Assembly (NCBI GenBank): GCA_964234715.1
Contig: OZ174280.1
DNA from: Podarcis melisellensis
Taxonomy: Eukaryota
Direction: 5' to 3' (one strand)
Length of the DNA stretch: 64,000 bases
A program made the translations under genes and the position numbers. The notes below the pieces were generated by a model, which did no database searches, was not told where the DNA came from, and saw nothing but the letters and a program-made list of their open reading frames with translations. Shown here piece by piece: positions 36,593 through 49,214 of this stretch. The stretch's first letter is position 1, and every line of letters starts with the position of its first letter.

Positions 36593-36900
36593 GTAAAGGT
36601 ACCCCTGACCGTTAGGTCCAGTCACGGACGACTCTGGGGTTGTGCGCTCATCTCACTCTATAGGCCGAGGGAGCCGGTGTTTGTCCACGTACAGCTTCCG
36701 GGTCATGTGGCTAGCATGACTAAGCCGCTTCTGGCGAACCAGAGTAGCACACAGAAACGCTGTTTATTTTCCCGCTGGAGTGGTACCTATTTATCTACAT
36801 GCACTTTGACGTGCTTTCGAATTGCTAGGTGGGCAGGAGCTGGAACCGAACAACGGGAGCTCACCCCGTTGCAGGGATTCGAACTGCAGACCTTCTGATC
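36593..36900 (-). mobile_element. Sauria SINE
   Basis: gtaaaggtacccctgaccgttaggtccagtc...gggagccg...gtcatgtggctagcatgact...gtacctatttatctac...gggattcgaactgcagaccttctgatc matches the recalled Sauria SINE body, with a B-box-like gttcgaatcc on the minus strand. Confidence 0.85.
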
Positions 36901-37200
36901 ATTTAACCTTGGACTATAGCAATAACAGAAAACATACACATTCATAGGATCCAATATGGCTCTTTGGATACTAATATAATCCCTGTGTCTCATTCCCAGA
37001 AATCTTATAAATAAGTCATAAGGTTACAGCGAAATATCAGGCTATAAAATAAATTATAAGATAGCACAGTGGCTACGTTATAATGTTTTGAATGAAAATT
37101 TAAAAGATGTTCAAGGGATAACCAAAATACCATGGAGAAATGAACATAGAATTAAATATTTGGGAATATGAGTTACAAATAAATTGGAAGATAGAGTAAA

Positions 37201-37228
37201 GATTGATTGATTGATTGATTGATTGATT
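37201..37228. repeat. (GATT)n microsatellite
   Basis: Seven tandem GATT units. Confidence 0.95.
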
Positions 37229-38262
37229 ACTGAAAGCTATTTCATGAGTAGGAGAAAGAACTGGAATTTCGGAATTTCTTCTCTCTCTCATGGTATGGGA
37301 GAAAATCTATTGTAAAATAAATATCCTGCCCATAAGTTTGTTTATTATACTCCTAAACATTCCATTAGTTGCTCCATCTGAAATACTGTCAAAATGGCAG
37401 AGACTGAAAGTTTTATATGAAACCAAACACACACACACACACGAAGTAGCTGCCAACATTCTATTAAAAACCAAGCAGCAGAGGTATGGCAGTACCTAGT
37501 ATAATAACATAATAACATAAAGTTATTAAAAAACAAAATTGGCAGGCAAGCCGCACCTACAATATACTGTCGGCCCTGGACATTGCCCAGACCTAGAGGA
37601 TATATAACTGCCCAATCACAGCCATACTAAATTCCTGGGTTTTTCTGCTGTTTTCTATAAGCAACAGCTCTAAGTCTTCTATCGCAGAGAGGAAAAAAGG
37701 TGTCTAAAATAACTAGATTTTGGACAGCTTGTGTGAGTCTATCAGTTAATGCTATGGTTGCAAGCAGGTGAGAAAGGAACAAAATGTTCTCTTCTCTGAG
37801 GAGTCACTCAACAATTCTTAGCACCCTCCATAAACTATAGTTATCAGGATTCTTTGGGATAAAGCATGACTGCTGAAGAGTGCTCTAGATCTATGGAGGA
37901 AGAGGGAAAAGAATGAATTGACCTCATGCCTCTTACAGTTTATAAGGGTATCCAGAAAGCGGATGGGAATTAGGGCTAGCAGAACAAATCCTATGATATT
38001 AAAAAAACTTGTCCTTACATTTCGGAAGTGGCAAATCTTTCATTTTCACTAGTTTATGCACTTTTAAGCAGTTATACCCTAGCACGGGGTGGTTCCATGT
38101 CAAACCACTCTTGAAGTCCACTTGGTATGAAAAGATGGACCACCCTACACTAGTATATGCAAGTTATACCCTGGCTGGAGAAGTACCTTGCAAAATTCAG
38201 AGAAGTGACAATTTAGAAAAATGGCTTCAATTGGCAGAGTTTCAGAAAATGGAAATTAAGTA

Positions 38263-38910
38263 TTTTACCATATGTGGTGGGATTGTAGTAAAATAAAAAA
38301 ATTATGGGAAATGATATACAATGAGTTGAAGAAAATGTTCCAATTAACATTTGTAGAAAAGCCTAAAGCGTTTTGGTTAGGGATTGTAGGAAAAGACCTG
38401 CCAAGGAAATTGAAAAACATCTTCATGTACGCGACAATGGCAGCAAGAGTCTTAATAGCATGAGGATGGAAGAACGAAGAAATCCCGACCAAAGAACTGT
38501 GGCAAGAGAAACTGATGGACTGTGCGGAATTGGCAAAATTGACACACAAACTACGTGATAAGGACAACTGTGACTTTAAAGAAGAATGGGAACCTTTTAC
38601 AAAGTACTTAAAGAAACAACAAAATGAACTGGACTCCTTGGCAGGTTTTGAATAAACATACACAAACTTTTTATTGGTAACATATAGATAGATAAATTAA
38701 GGATCTTTACAATTTTATAATATGCAGAGAATAACATGTGCTGAAAAACCAGAGAGAGGAACTGAGGGAAGTCTGGACTGGGGTGGGAAAGTTGGGCTTT
38801 TTTTTTCTTGGGGAGGGGGGAGGGGAAAATGGGGGGGAAATGAAGATGATGTTTTTTTTTGATAAATTGCTATGTTGAAATTCTTAATAAAAAATATTCA
38901 AAAAAGAAAA
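38263..38910 (+). mobile_element. L1-clade LINE 3' fragment (ORF2 C-terminus, 3' UTR and A-rich tail)
   Basis: HMWWDCSKIKKLWEMIYNELKKMF...ATMAARVLIA*GWKNEEIPTKELWQEKL...EEWEPF, then a G-rich 3' UTR, AATAAA and an A-rich end. Confidence 0.8.
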
Positions 38911-39661
38911 TTAAGTAGGTTTGCTTTTAAATGCATACAGAATTGAAAATTCTCCCCCATACCTACTTGCGGTAAAGCGGGATGTTTCAGGAGAGAAGAA
39001 TGGAGAAGAGGAAGAACTCTTCCCATGCAAAGGGGCGGGGGGCAGCTGGCTATACTTGTCCCAGGCCTCGGAAGGCTAAGCTAATAGGGGGACCCTGCTA
39101 GGGACTGGCTGTTTTTTTGTTTTGAGTTTATAACTTCATTCTAACAAAACTCCCACCCTGGGCCTCAGACAAGCTCTGCATGGGCCTGCTTCCCATCATT
39201 CTCCAGAGATGTACCTTACCCCATTGTCATTCACAGGAAAACCTCTCTTCTGAAGAAGCCTGAACAGCAGGAAAGGCTCTTGCCTGAGGCCACCTGGACT
39301 CCTGAACAGGAACACCCTGTGCATGGATTAGAGATACACTGCAAAGATTCTGCTGTAGGACCCCACTTGTACTGAAAAACAGAGCCCGTCTTAATATGCT
39401 CCTTTCTGTCATTTACTTCTAAAGAAAAAATCCTTTTTATTTAGACATGCAGTTTGAATCACAACATCTGAGACAATCCAAGTTTTAGGTTTTTACAAAC
39501 AGCATAACAAAGAAGTTCTGGGCTAGGTTTGTACTACAAAGGAATTACTATCAATAAAACTATAAATATTCAGGTCTGTTCACATTAAAGAAAATGCATT
39601 GGCAGTGAAGAAAGCACAGCCTGTGTTGCATGATTTTTTTTTCATGTTGCCAAAATAAATA

Positions 39662-40021
39662 CCGTATTTTTTGCCTTATAGGACACAGTTTTTCCCCTCC
39701 AAAAATGAAGGGGAAATGTGTGTGCGTCCTATGGGGTAAATGCAGGCTTTCGCTGAAACCTGGGGAGCGAGAGGGGTCGGTGCGCACCGACCCATCTTGC
39801 TCTCCAGGCTTTGCGCACCTCTCCACAAGCAGCGGGAGCCAGTGCTGGGCTCCCACGGCTTGCAGAGAGCTGCCTGTTTGGGGGCTGGGGTCGGGGAAAG
39901 CTCGGGCTTCCCCCACCCCAGCCCCGCGCCTGGGGGGAAATAATTCCCCCCCTTTATTTCCCCCCCCAAAAAACTAGGTGCACCTTATGGGACGGTGCAT
40001 CCTATAGGGCGAAAAATACGG
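39662..40021. mobile_element. Tc1/mariner (pogo-like) MITE, CCGTATTTTT family
   Basis: ta|ccgtattttttgccttatagga...tcctatagggcgaaaaatacgg|ta. Confidence 0.88.
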
Positions 40022-40331
40022 TAATTAAAACTAGGCCTGAAATGCAACATTCAGCTTCCAGTTTTAATTTCCAGCTTCTGCAGTTGAACTTAATGTTGAA
40101 TTGTGTGTGTCTATCAATTTGCAGAACAATACTTTTTTTTACCCCTAAATCCTCTTTTGATCAGATTTCCTTATTTTATTTTAAACTATTTATCTGATGT
40201 AGGGCACATAGCAAAGACAATGCAAAGCCCTTCGGTCACTGCATTTTCTGTCACTTGATATGAAATTGATTTCATGTCGATATTTTAAAAAGGGGGAAGG
40301 AGTAACAGTTCCAGAGCCCAGCACCAAGGAC

Positions 40332-40504
40332 GAGGCCACATCCTCATAATACATTTTAAGCATGTGATGTCTCACAGTCCCACAAAGAATCTTAGTAACT
40401 GTAGTTTACTCCCCAAAGAACTCTAATTTCCAGAAACCTTAACAAACTACACAGTTCAGGATGCTTGAGGGGCCAGCCTAAAATGTATTGCATGGACATA
40501 GCCT
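40332..40504. mobile_element. Palindromic Harbinger-like MITE (decayed); relatives at ~34972-35092, ~37790-37900 and ~44080-44250
   Basis: aggccacatcc..atacatttt / aaatgtattgcatggacatagcct ends with inverted actgtagttt/aaactaca arms. Confidence 0.5.
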
Positions 40505-41842
40505 GGGACTCAGACCTCTGCCAATGATACCTCTCTTCTTCTCCAAATTCAGAAGTCCTTTTTTTGTTTGTCTACCCCTCTGCAATTGGAGGGCCTTTTT
40601 TAGTAGTGAAGCAGCATGCCTCTTTGCAGAAGCAATTAAGATCCCTATTCTACAAGACTGGTTTTTTTTCACATGCTTAATCATTCCAGCTTTAATAACA
40701 CTTCCTACCAACTCTTTGAGAATATCAGCACACGTGTGGGTGGCAGAAACACAGTGGATATTACCGTACATTGATTAAAGTCACATACAAAAAACTACTG
40801 AGCAATAGAAATTTTCTGAGCACCTATATACCAGGATCAGTGATATTCAATTTCCCCCCATAAATGATCCAGTAATAGGAAAGGGTAGTAAGATATCTCC
40901 AAGTTGTTCAGAGTCAAAAATTACTTAACTACATAGCTTGCTGTTTGTTCTTACATTCACTAAAAATACTGAATCCCACTCTAGATATGGAGACTTCACC
41001 TTAGCATTGCTCACAGACTTTAAGCTCTTCTTTGTGGTTAAGAACTTTTGTATAATTATGAACACTGGGATTGTCAGAATGGAGGATTTTGCCCTTGGTA
41101 CCAAATTCTGTGGTGGAATATATATACAGTCCTCCAATTCTAATGGGTGCAGTCTACTTAGGGACACACACACATACACACACACACACACGGATAAAAT
41201 CCTGTTTGCAAAACTGCTACAAAATACTACATCAACTGAAATTCTGAGATTAGAGAGCCCATTACTTAAACAAACAAAAAATCATCCCTAATGCCTATTT
41301 ACCAATATATAAGCACATTTCCCCCATAAACAACACTAATTGACACTAACCCAAATGAGCACAAAATGCTCTCTGTAGCATGACTTCCTGGATTGTAATG
41401 ATGATTCAAGCTTGTTTGTTTATTCACTAATGTGCATAATCTGAAAATCCACAGCAGGGTTCCTAATTAATATGGGAGAATTAGCAAGAGTCTGCTTTGT
41501 AGCTTCCAATTAAACTTCTGCAGAGGCAGAAGAGGTGTTTTGTGCCCTGATGACAAGTTGCTTCTGTGGCATTGCCATCACCCTACCTGCTTTGTGTTTT
41601 TTTAATCTACGACAGTTCACATCGACATAATTGCTTCAGTCTTCATCAGAATATTTCATGTCATATTAATTATGCATTTATTTATTTTTTAATGAATGCA
41701 GGACCTGCTACTTTAATTATTTTTCAAGCATCACTGTCCTGGCCTGCCCACCATCTTCATTCCCCAATACTGACCAGCACTTTATTGTTGAGCATGCCCA
41801 GCCACCCAACCATGGGTGTAAGTAAATATATATATATATATA

Positions 41843-41994
41843 GCTCTGTTCCAGTAACAAGAAGCCGAAAGCACCAGCCTGAAGATGACGAGTGAGACCT
41901 CGTCGAAACGTCGCCTAGACACCCCAACTTTTACACGGGAAGACACCCGAGGACACCAAAACCTGCATTCCTGTACCCGTGAAAATCTACGAAA

Positions 41995-41996
<2 letters not shown>
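41843..41996 (+). mobile_element. Penelope-like element terminal repeat (pLTR) fragment or retrozyme-like unit inserted in (TA)n
   Basis: Hammerhead-like core followed by acacggg...cccgaggac...ccgtgaaaatct, resembling PLE terminal repeats. Flanked by (TA)n at ~41826-41842 and 41997-42036. Confidence 0.7.
41875..41918 (+). ncRNA. Minimal type I hammerhead ribozyme motif
   Basis: CUGAAGA (41879-41885), an extra U, stem II GACGAG/CUCGUC with a 6-nt loop, GAAA (41905-41908), palindromic ACGU and the cleavage triplet GUC (41910-41912). Stem I is weak. Confidence 0.6.
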
Positions 41997-42040
<44 letters not shown>

Positions 42041-45000
42041 GAGAGACCTCTTCCCACTGCCACCTGGTAAACAGAGTGGGAGCAAAGTCACCAGTGTTGC
42101 AGTGGGGAAAGTAGCAGCAGGAACACAGCAGTATGGGGCAGGGGGGCAGAGGACACTTGGACCAGGGCTCCTTCAGACTTGGTAGCATCATCTGTTCTTT
42201 TCAGAGTGGTGTAGCCTGAGCAAATGTAGGCTATGATGGATGTTCCATCAGTGTGCAAAAAGGATGGTAGCTTTTTGCTCTTGTTGGCAAGTGATTGCGC
42301 TGAGAGTATCCACAGAAGCAATGTTTTAAAATAATTTCCCAAAGAACATTTTATTCTCTTTATTCAAGATACTAGCAGCCTCAAACCCAGCATTACTCAG
42401 AATTCTAAGGTGGGAAAATCAGTGCATTTTTAAAAAATCAGTGGTTAAAGTCGGTGCAATTTTTAAGTTTCAGTCCACCACTTTGATTCAAAATGGTGTC
42501 CAATTGTATCAAAACATAGATGAAACCCTGCTTCTTGACTTTAGGAATCGTTATGCATGATTTCGTTATGATATCTTAAGAGATGCAGAAATGCAGAGCA
42601 AAAAAATGAACAGCTTTCAAAAATGAATAGGAAATTCTGAGATCCCTCTTCATTCTAGCAATTATGGACTTCTTTCTTATACAGGCGGCGACCATTTTGC
42701 ACAGGGGTTCCATTCCTGCCCCGTGTGTTTCGGCGAAGTGTACATAAGCTTTCCCTGTTCAGCCCCACCCCTGTTTTCGGGCAACTTCCGGATCAGCAAC
42801 AAGAAGTATGTGACTGTGCATCAATTTTGGACGCATGTAAAATGGTCGCTATCAGACTACTATAGGAAGTTAAATTTGACTTCTGTGGGGTGGGTTTGAT
42901 GAGTATGAGAGGGTATATTAACTACAATTTTCCTCTTCGTGTGTGTAGGTTAAAGAGGGTTTTAAAATCTCATCCTTGGCAGCAAAATAGAAGCTTTGGG
43001 AATTAGGCTGCAAAACCTGACTTTTGAGCAAGTCCAACTAACGAAGTAAGCTGGCTTCCCCCTTCTTACCTCACTTAACAAAAAAAACAAAAACAAAAAA
43101 CAATTTGTAAAGTAAGTTTAAAATATGATTTACTTACTTGATAGTCTTGCATTGGTTCACAGCAAAGGCAGCAGTAAAAACTATACAGGCAAAATACTTA
43201 TATTTTGAGCCTGGAGCTGAAGCAAGCAGTGACATGTCTGCTTTAACTGTTGGTTGAAAAAGAGAGCAAAGAGAGAGAGGGCAAGAGGAAGGAGAAGGGT
43301 TTGTATCTCTTGTTTCTTCCTGCCATATAAATATGCTTAAAGTGGCTTACAGCAGAAATAAAAATCAATACATCATTACAGTATCAAATATAAGTAAATA
43401 AATAACTCAAGTTAAATAAATAACACTTAAAACCATCATAAAACAAACTGTCCTTCAGTTAAAACATAACAATTAATAACAAATATAATGATCATCCTAA
43501 TGTAACCTCATGGCAACTATAATATTTCTAACAGCCACTGCATGGCAGTACTAAACCAAATTGTACAAAATTAACAAATTTTCATAGGGGCTAAAAGAAC
43601 TGTGCTCATAGTTCCTAGAAGCTTGATCATATATTGTAAAATAAATAGCAATTAATACTACTATGCTATAAGGTGCATAAGAACTTAAAGTGGTAAAAAA
43701 TTTCATAGCATGTTTCACAGCAGTTTGATTGCATAAACTGCTAAAAACAACAACACCTCTTCATCAGTCCTCGCTGGGAGGCACTCTTCTGTCAACAACA
43801 AACAGATGGCTTTGATCACCTTTGCTTAGGACTCTCACCACAGTTTCCCATTAAAGACATCAGATAATCCCCAATCCACCTCTCAGATGGAGAATTCTAT
43901 ATTTGTAATTATTCCTCTATATTCCATGGACAAGGCCTTTTAGGATTTTTTCCTGTGAATAGCACTTGAAAGTTGCAATCGTATTGTCTTTCAGTGAAGT
44001 AGGTCCTTGTAGAATCTCATGCCTTGCTTCACTGACATCATAGCATGCTCAGTCCACAGACCTCGCAACATCTTTTGCCACAGTGGTTTAACAATCAATC
44101 CCTCTTCCCAGGGAATCCTGGGAATTATAACTCTCTGAGGGGAATAGGGGTGTCCAAACAACCCTCAGCAACCCTAACAAACAACAGTTCCTAGGAAGCC
44201 ATGACTATTTAAAGTGATATGGTACTGCTTTAAATGTATACTGTGGCTGGATTTTGAGACAATGGATGAGGAAGCTGACAAGCAGTTCCATCACCCAGAT
44301 TTGTTGTAAGTCTGGAAGCTGGCTGAAGGTGGACTGAGGTTGGTGGGGCAGTACCCTGTTTCCCCCACTGAACCAGCCTTTATCAATGCTTACCCACCAC
44401 TGTTGCTACCAGTGCCAACCAACTCTTGCTCCCACAGGCAGTGCTGCAGCCACAGAACTGCCAGTGATTCACCCACTCACCCTGAATGGGCTTACTTGAT
44501 GGCACCAGAGCTTTTGCGATGAGTGCCAAGGGCTCACTCAGCTCCAGTCTGCACCAGCCAAGTTTTGGGTGATATAACATGGCATACCCTGGCCTCCACC
44601 CTCAAAACACTACAAGGTAATCCCGTCCAGGATAGGCTGAGTAACTGGCAACTGCAGCACTACTAAGGAGCAGAACTGGGGGTGGTAGTGCCTGATGGAG
44701 GCCCAGGTCAGCATGTGTGGTGGCCACCACTGGCCCTATGCAGAGGGCCTGCTCAAGCCTTGCCCAGTTGTAAAAACAGCCCCTCTTCCTCCCTTGCGGA
44801 AATGGTTTATAGAAGTAGCATTCTTGGAGGAGTGGAAGGAGATTGGACCTATCAGTTTTATGGTCAAATGCTGCTTTGCCTTACCTCTTTTATTGCTAGC
44901 TGGAATATATGTTCATTCAGTTTCTGTCTCATATCAGTATAAATCCTGGGAACTGTAGTCACATGAAGGGACAAAGAATATCCAGTTAAGAATTGTTGCA

Positions 45001-45519
45001 TACTGTACAAAACTGTGGGGCTTCTAGGGCGAGATAAGGAAATCAATCTGGTTTCAAACCTTTAGTACATACCGCATGTGCATGTAAAACAATTTGTGTG
45101 TGGCAAGAAACAACTGTGCAAATGTGTGCTATGTAAAATACTGTACTATGTAAAGCAAATACAGGCTATTCAGGTTTGGGCAAACAGAGAAACCTCCTCT
45201 CTTTCACAAGACCACCTCCTTGTAGGAAATTGCAGGTGGAAATGGGTAATGTTCAAATAATGACGGTGTGCAAATTTTATGAGAAAAACACAGGAATGTC
45301 ATGTGCAGTGAAGTATCAGTTTGGGCAAATATGGCCACAGACAAACACTTCTTATTTGAGAAACTTCTAAACAGCTTGTAAGGACGAGTACTGAAGTCTG
45401 ACAAAGCGGTGCAGACTACATTGCGATATATAACATCCCGTGTAGGCCCCATTTTATGACTTCCCTTGCCTGACGGCTAGTACGCCCCTTGCTCATTGAA
45501 GAAGGGGTAGAAGATCATT

Positions 45520-46680
45520 TGTGCCCCCACGGATCTCTGAAGCTAATCTTTCAGCCTCCTGCCTGAGATTTAATATTTCTCTCCCCCACCCCTTCCTCCC
45601 AGAGCAACGCGAGCTCTCTGCCGTCCCCACTGACCAGGGCGCAACTGGTGTTTGCATGCTTGGAGAGGGTCTGTCAGCGCCTGGAGCTGCCTGGCTGAGC
45701 AGAGCAGCCTCGACAAGTGGTGTCCCGCCCTCTCCCCTCCTTCACACACACACACCAACTGTGTTACGCTGCCGTTCAGCGCGCTGCTTTGGGCAGCCTG
45801 GCAGAGCTCTAAGGCAGCCTTAGGTGCCGCTGTTGCCGCTGCTGCTCACGAAGAGGCGCCGCGGAGGAGAGACCGACGCGGCTGCTGCTGCCGCTGGGCG
45901 CTGCTGGGGGAGCATCAGGTGGAGGAGCAACAACGAGCGCTAGTCGGGAGGCGCAGAAAAGAAAGCGCCTTTTCGCCTCTCCGGCGGAAGCAGCGAGGGA
46001 GCCTCGTTTCGGGGCGCGCGGGGCGGGCAGGCGGAGAGGGAGCGCGCGCCGCCGCCGCCGCTGCCACTGCCGCCTCCGCTAGGAAGGATAGCGGCAAAGG
46101 TAAGATACTCCCGGGCGGGGGGGGGGGGGGAGGCGAGTAGCCAAGGGACGCCGAGGTGGTGCTGCAACGTTTTCGGCCCCCTTACCCAAAAAACCCGTGG
46201 GTACTGGCGTGGGTTGTTTACCTAGGCGGTGTGGGGAGGTGTGCAGCACACTCGCTTCCCCGTCAGAGGGGTACCAAAAGATGACCGGGGTGGCGGTGGG
46301 GAGACGGGCGGAGGAGGCATTTAGGGTTTTTTAAAAAAATATAAAAATAGTATTAAAATTAGTTTAAACCACCCAAAGGGAGACCAAAATGCCTCCCCGC
46401 CTGCTTGCCGACGGTGTTCTGGCTTCTGGAACGTGCAGCACATATGCAAGGCTCTCTGGCTCGCGCTGGCGAGGACAAACTCCTGGCGCCTTTTCGCCGC
46501 CAGAGCACCCACAGGAAGAACAGCGCCGGTGAACTTCGGGGTGCCAAGGTGCCTGTCGAGGAGACTTCTCGGGGGCGACAGGTTAAGACTAGCCTGCCTC
46601 TTCCCTGTGCTGACAGCTGAGGCGAAGCAGCCGGCGGTTGGAGGTTGGGGGGCGGGCGGGTGATCCTCTGAACTTGCACC
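45520..46680. promoter_or_regulatory. CpG island promoter, probably of PDE4B
   Basis: Abrupt GC- and CpG-rich block with GC boxes (cccgccc ~45724, gggcggg ~46021) and (GCC)n. The PDE4B assignment rests on LEPR-PDE4B synteny in amniotes, not on coding sequence. Confidence 0.75.
45780..46099 (+). other. PDE4B: Non-coding first exon (5' UTR) of the downstream gene, likely PDE4B; 5' boundary approximate
   Basis: ATG-free GC-rich segment ending at a strong donor AAG|gtaaga (46099/46100). No PDE4B coding exon was recognised in the window. Confidence 0.55.
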
Positions 46681-47956
46681 AAACAATCTCTGGAACAAAA
46701 ACTCTGCCCAAACCGTGCAGTGAGTGTGTGGTATCATAACTGAGGCTTAGCTGTTCAGTGGAAAGCAGGACAATTTGCACTGTTTTGCTTATAGCTGCGC
46801 TGTGATTATTTCCTTGCTTTTCTTTTTGACCTACTTTCTGGGGGGTGGCTGGGTGGGGGGATGGATAAATGGGTTGCAGAACTGTGGGAGATATTTGAAC
46901 GGTTGTGACAACACTAGTTCATGCCTTCTACTTACGGTTGTATCCCTTAGTCTGCTTTTGATCTTTAATATGATGCATCAAGGAATATTGGTTTTACCTT
47001 AGCATACTCCTTCACCAGTGATATACATGCATGGTGGATGTGTTCAGGTTACACTCGCATCTCTTTGGCCATAATGTTTACACATTATACAGTAGATCTA
47101 ATTAGGACTGCATCATTTCTGAATTTTACTGCTGCATTTATATAATATTGAGACATGTGAAAAAAATGGGTATCCTCACTAATAAGCAAAGTGTGCGCGC
47201 GCACGCTTCATCCATTTTTTTCCCTTTTGAAAAGTAATTTCGGTTATTAATCCTTAAGTTCTCAGCTCTTTCTAACCTGTTGCTATCACATTCATAAGAT
47301 TTGTAATGGAATGGCAGGACACTGGCCCACACATTTTGGTATTTTTGCCTTTTATCATATATTAGAAAAACAAAATGAATCAGTCTAAGTTTTTCTCTGT
47401 TCAATGTTTTTTCTTGTAATAACAATAATTGTGTGGTCCATTTTCTTTCCTTTATTTTACATCTTCTTATATAAGTTAATGTTTTCTTTTATGTAGTGTG
47501 ATGTGGAGGGATTTGTGGGTATAGGGAGACCTAGAGAACTGTCGCTCCATTTTTGATTTACATATTGTTTGGAGGACATATTTGTGTTTTTAGGAGGTTA
47601 CTTCACAGTGAGGGTAACAGGTGGCATGGAATTGATGGAGCATTGTATGTATTTCCTGAACAAGAAAAAGAGAGCAATCAATTCGGTTGCTGTGCAGGGA
47701 CACTCATGGAGGGTCCCATAAAGTAACTGCCTTGAAGATTAAGCATAAGATTTACAGAAAAAGCTAGTGAATGCTGAATTAGAAGGTTGTATTATTTCAT
47801 GTTCATTGTCAGCAGCTGTATATATTTCAAGGTGTCATTATCTATATGGAAGAAGAAAATCCTTTTACTGGAACTATACTATTTAGGAGCCAATATACCT
47901 AATATGTTGGTTGGGTAACAGTGGGTTTTTAAACCATATGCACTATTAAGAAATCT

Positions 47957-48580
47957 TTTTAAAATCTTTTTTATTTTCCAATTTTTTTTAAAAAAATAAC
48001 AACATTTTCCCATTCATCTTGTTTGACTTCCCGCCACCCCCCGGTTTCCAATTTTTTTTCATTTCTTCCCCTTGCATATAATTACTTTTCCAATTAATTT
48101 TCGCTTCTTCATATTTAACTAAAATATCAAATTAGTTCATAAATGCTACGCCAATCCTGCTAATGTTTTGACATATTTACAGTGTTGTTTAACATAGTCT
48201 ATAATTTTCTTCCAATCTTTCTCGAATTTCTTCTTGTCTTGGTGTCATCTTAATTATCAATTCTTCCTTCGTTGGTACACCCTCCTCTTTCCACTTTTGG
48301 GCAAATAGCATTCTAGCAGCCATTGTAGCATACATAAATAGTCTATTTACATTCTTTGGTATTCCCCCGTTATTCCAAGCAAAAAAGTCTTAAGGTTTTT
48401 TTATGAAAAGTTTTCTTAAACATCTTTTTTAATTCATTATATATCATTTCCCAGAAGTCTTTTGCCTTTTTACAGGTCCACCACATATGCAAAAACATAC
48501 CTTCATTATCTTCACATTTCCAACATATTTTAGAGGATCTTTTTACATTTTCGCAATCTTTGCCGGGGGTCACATATCTA
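47957..48580 (-). mobile_element. L1-clade LINE 3' fragment
   Basis: KICWKCEDNEGMFLHMWWTCKKAKDFWEMIYNELKKMF (CCHC zinc knuckle); same family as 38263-38910. Confidence 0.82.
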
Positions 48581-49214
48581 AAGAAATCAATACTGTACTT
48601 CATATTTAAATAATGTTGTTAGTTTTGGCTTTAGTTATACATGCAATTGAAAACAAAAAACAAAAATTCTCTCCCTTCCTCTTTTATTTTGTTACCTGCA
48701 AGATTTGTGTTATGTATATTTAGTTTGAAAGGGTAGTTAAGTATGTAGAAGCAGAAAATTACCCATTACATCTTAAGGCCAAATGTATTTGTTATTACAA
48801 GAACATTAATAACAATACTTTGCTATTTACATCTAACTCCTGCAAACACACTCAAGAGTTGCGTCCAACAAAGGAAAGATAAACATAACCATCAGATAAA
48901 GTTAAAAATATTACAAATTAAAAGTTATTGCAGGCCAAAACTTTTTTATCTGATGCTATATACTAATATTTACTTGATCAACTTTGTGCATAATATATCT
49001 GCATAACAGACCAGATACTGGGGACCAAGGTAGTAATTCGAAGAATGCAAAGGAGAGAAAGAGTTCTTAGGGAGATCATGTTTTAGAAACAAAACAAAAC
49101 AAAACACCATATACACTTGCCAATGTTGTTCTTTAAATTAAGGCTATAGAATGTTGGGATGCTCTGACTTAAGGAGTTATGTCTTGCTTCTAGTGTGACC
49201 AGTGGGGTGTCATG

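Noticed and set aside
39250-39280. Second hammerhead (ctgaaga followed by an agcct/aggct stem)
   Set aside because: There is no GAAA box after the stem. Other ctgatga hits (9516, ~10049, ~41547) also lack the structure.
45652-46140. 162-aa ORF across the CpG island
   Set aside because: Non-ATG start, low-complexity Ala/Arg/Gly content, and it runs through the splice donor. Typical stop-poor GC-rich artefact.
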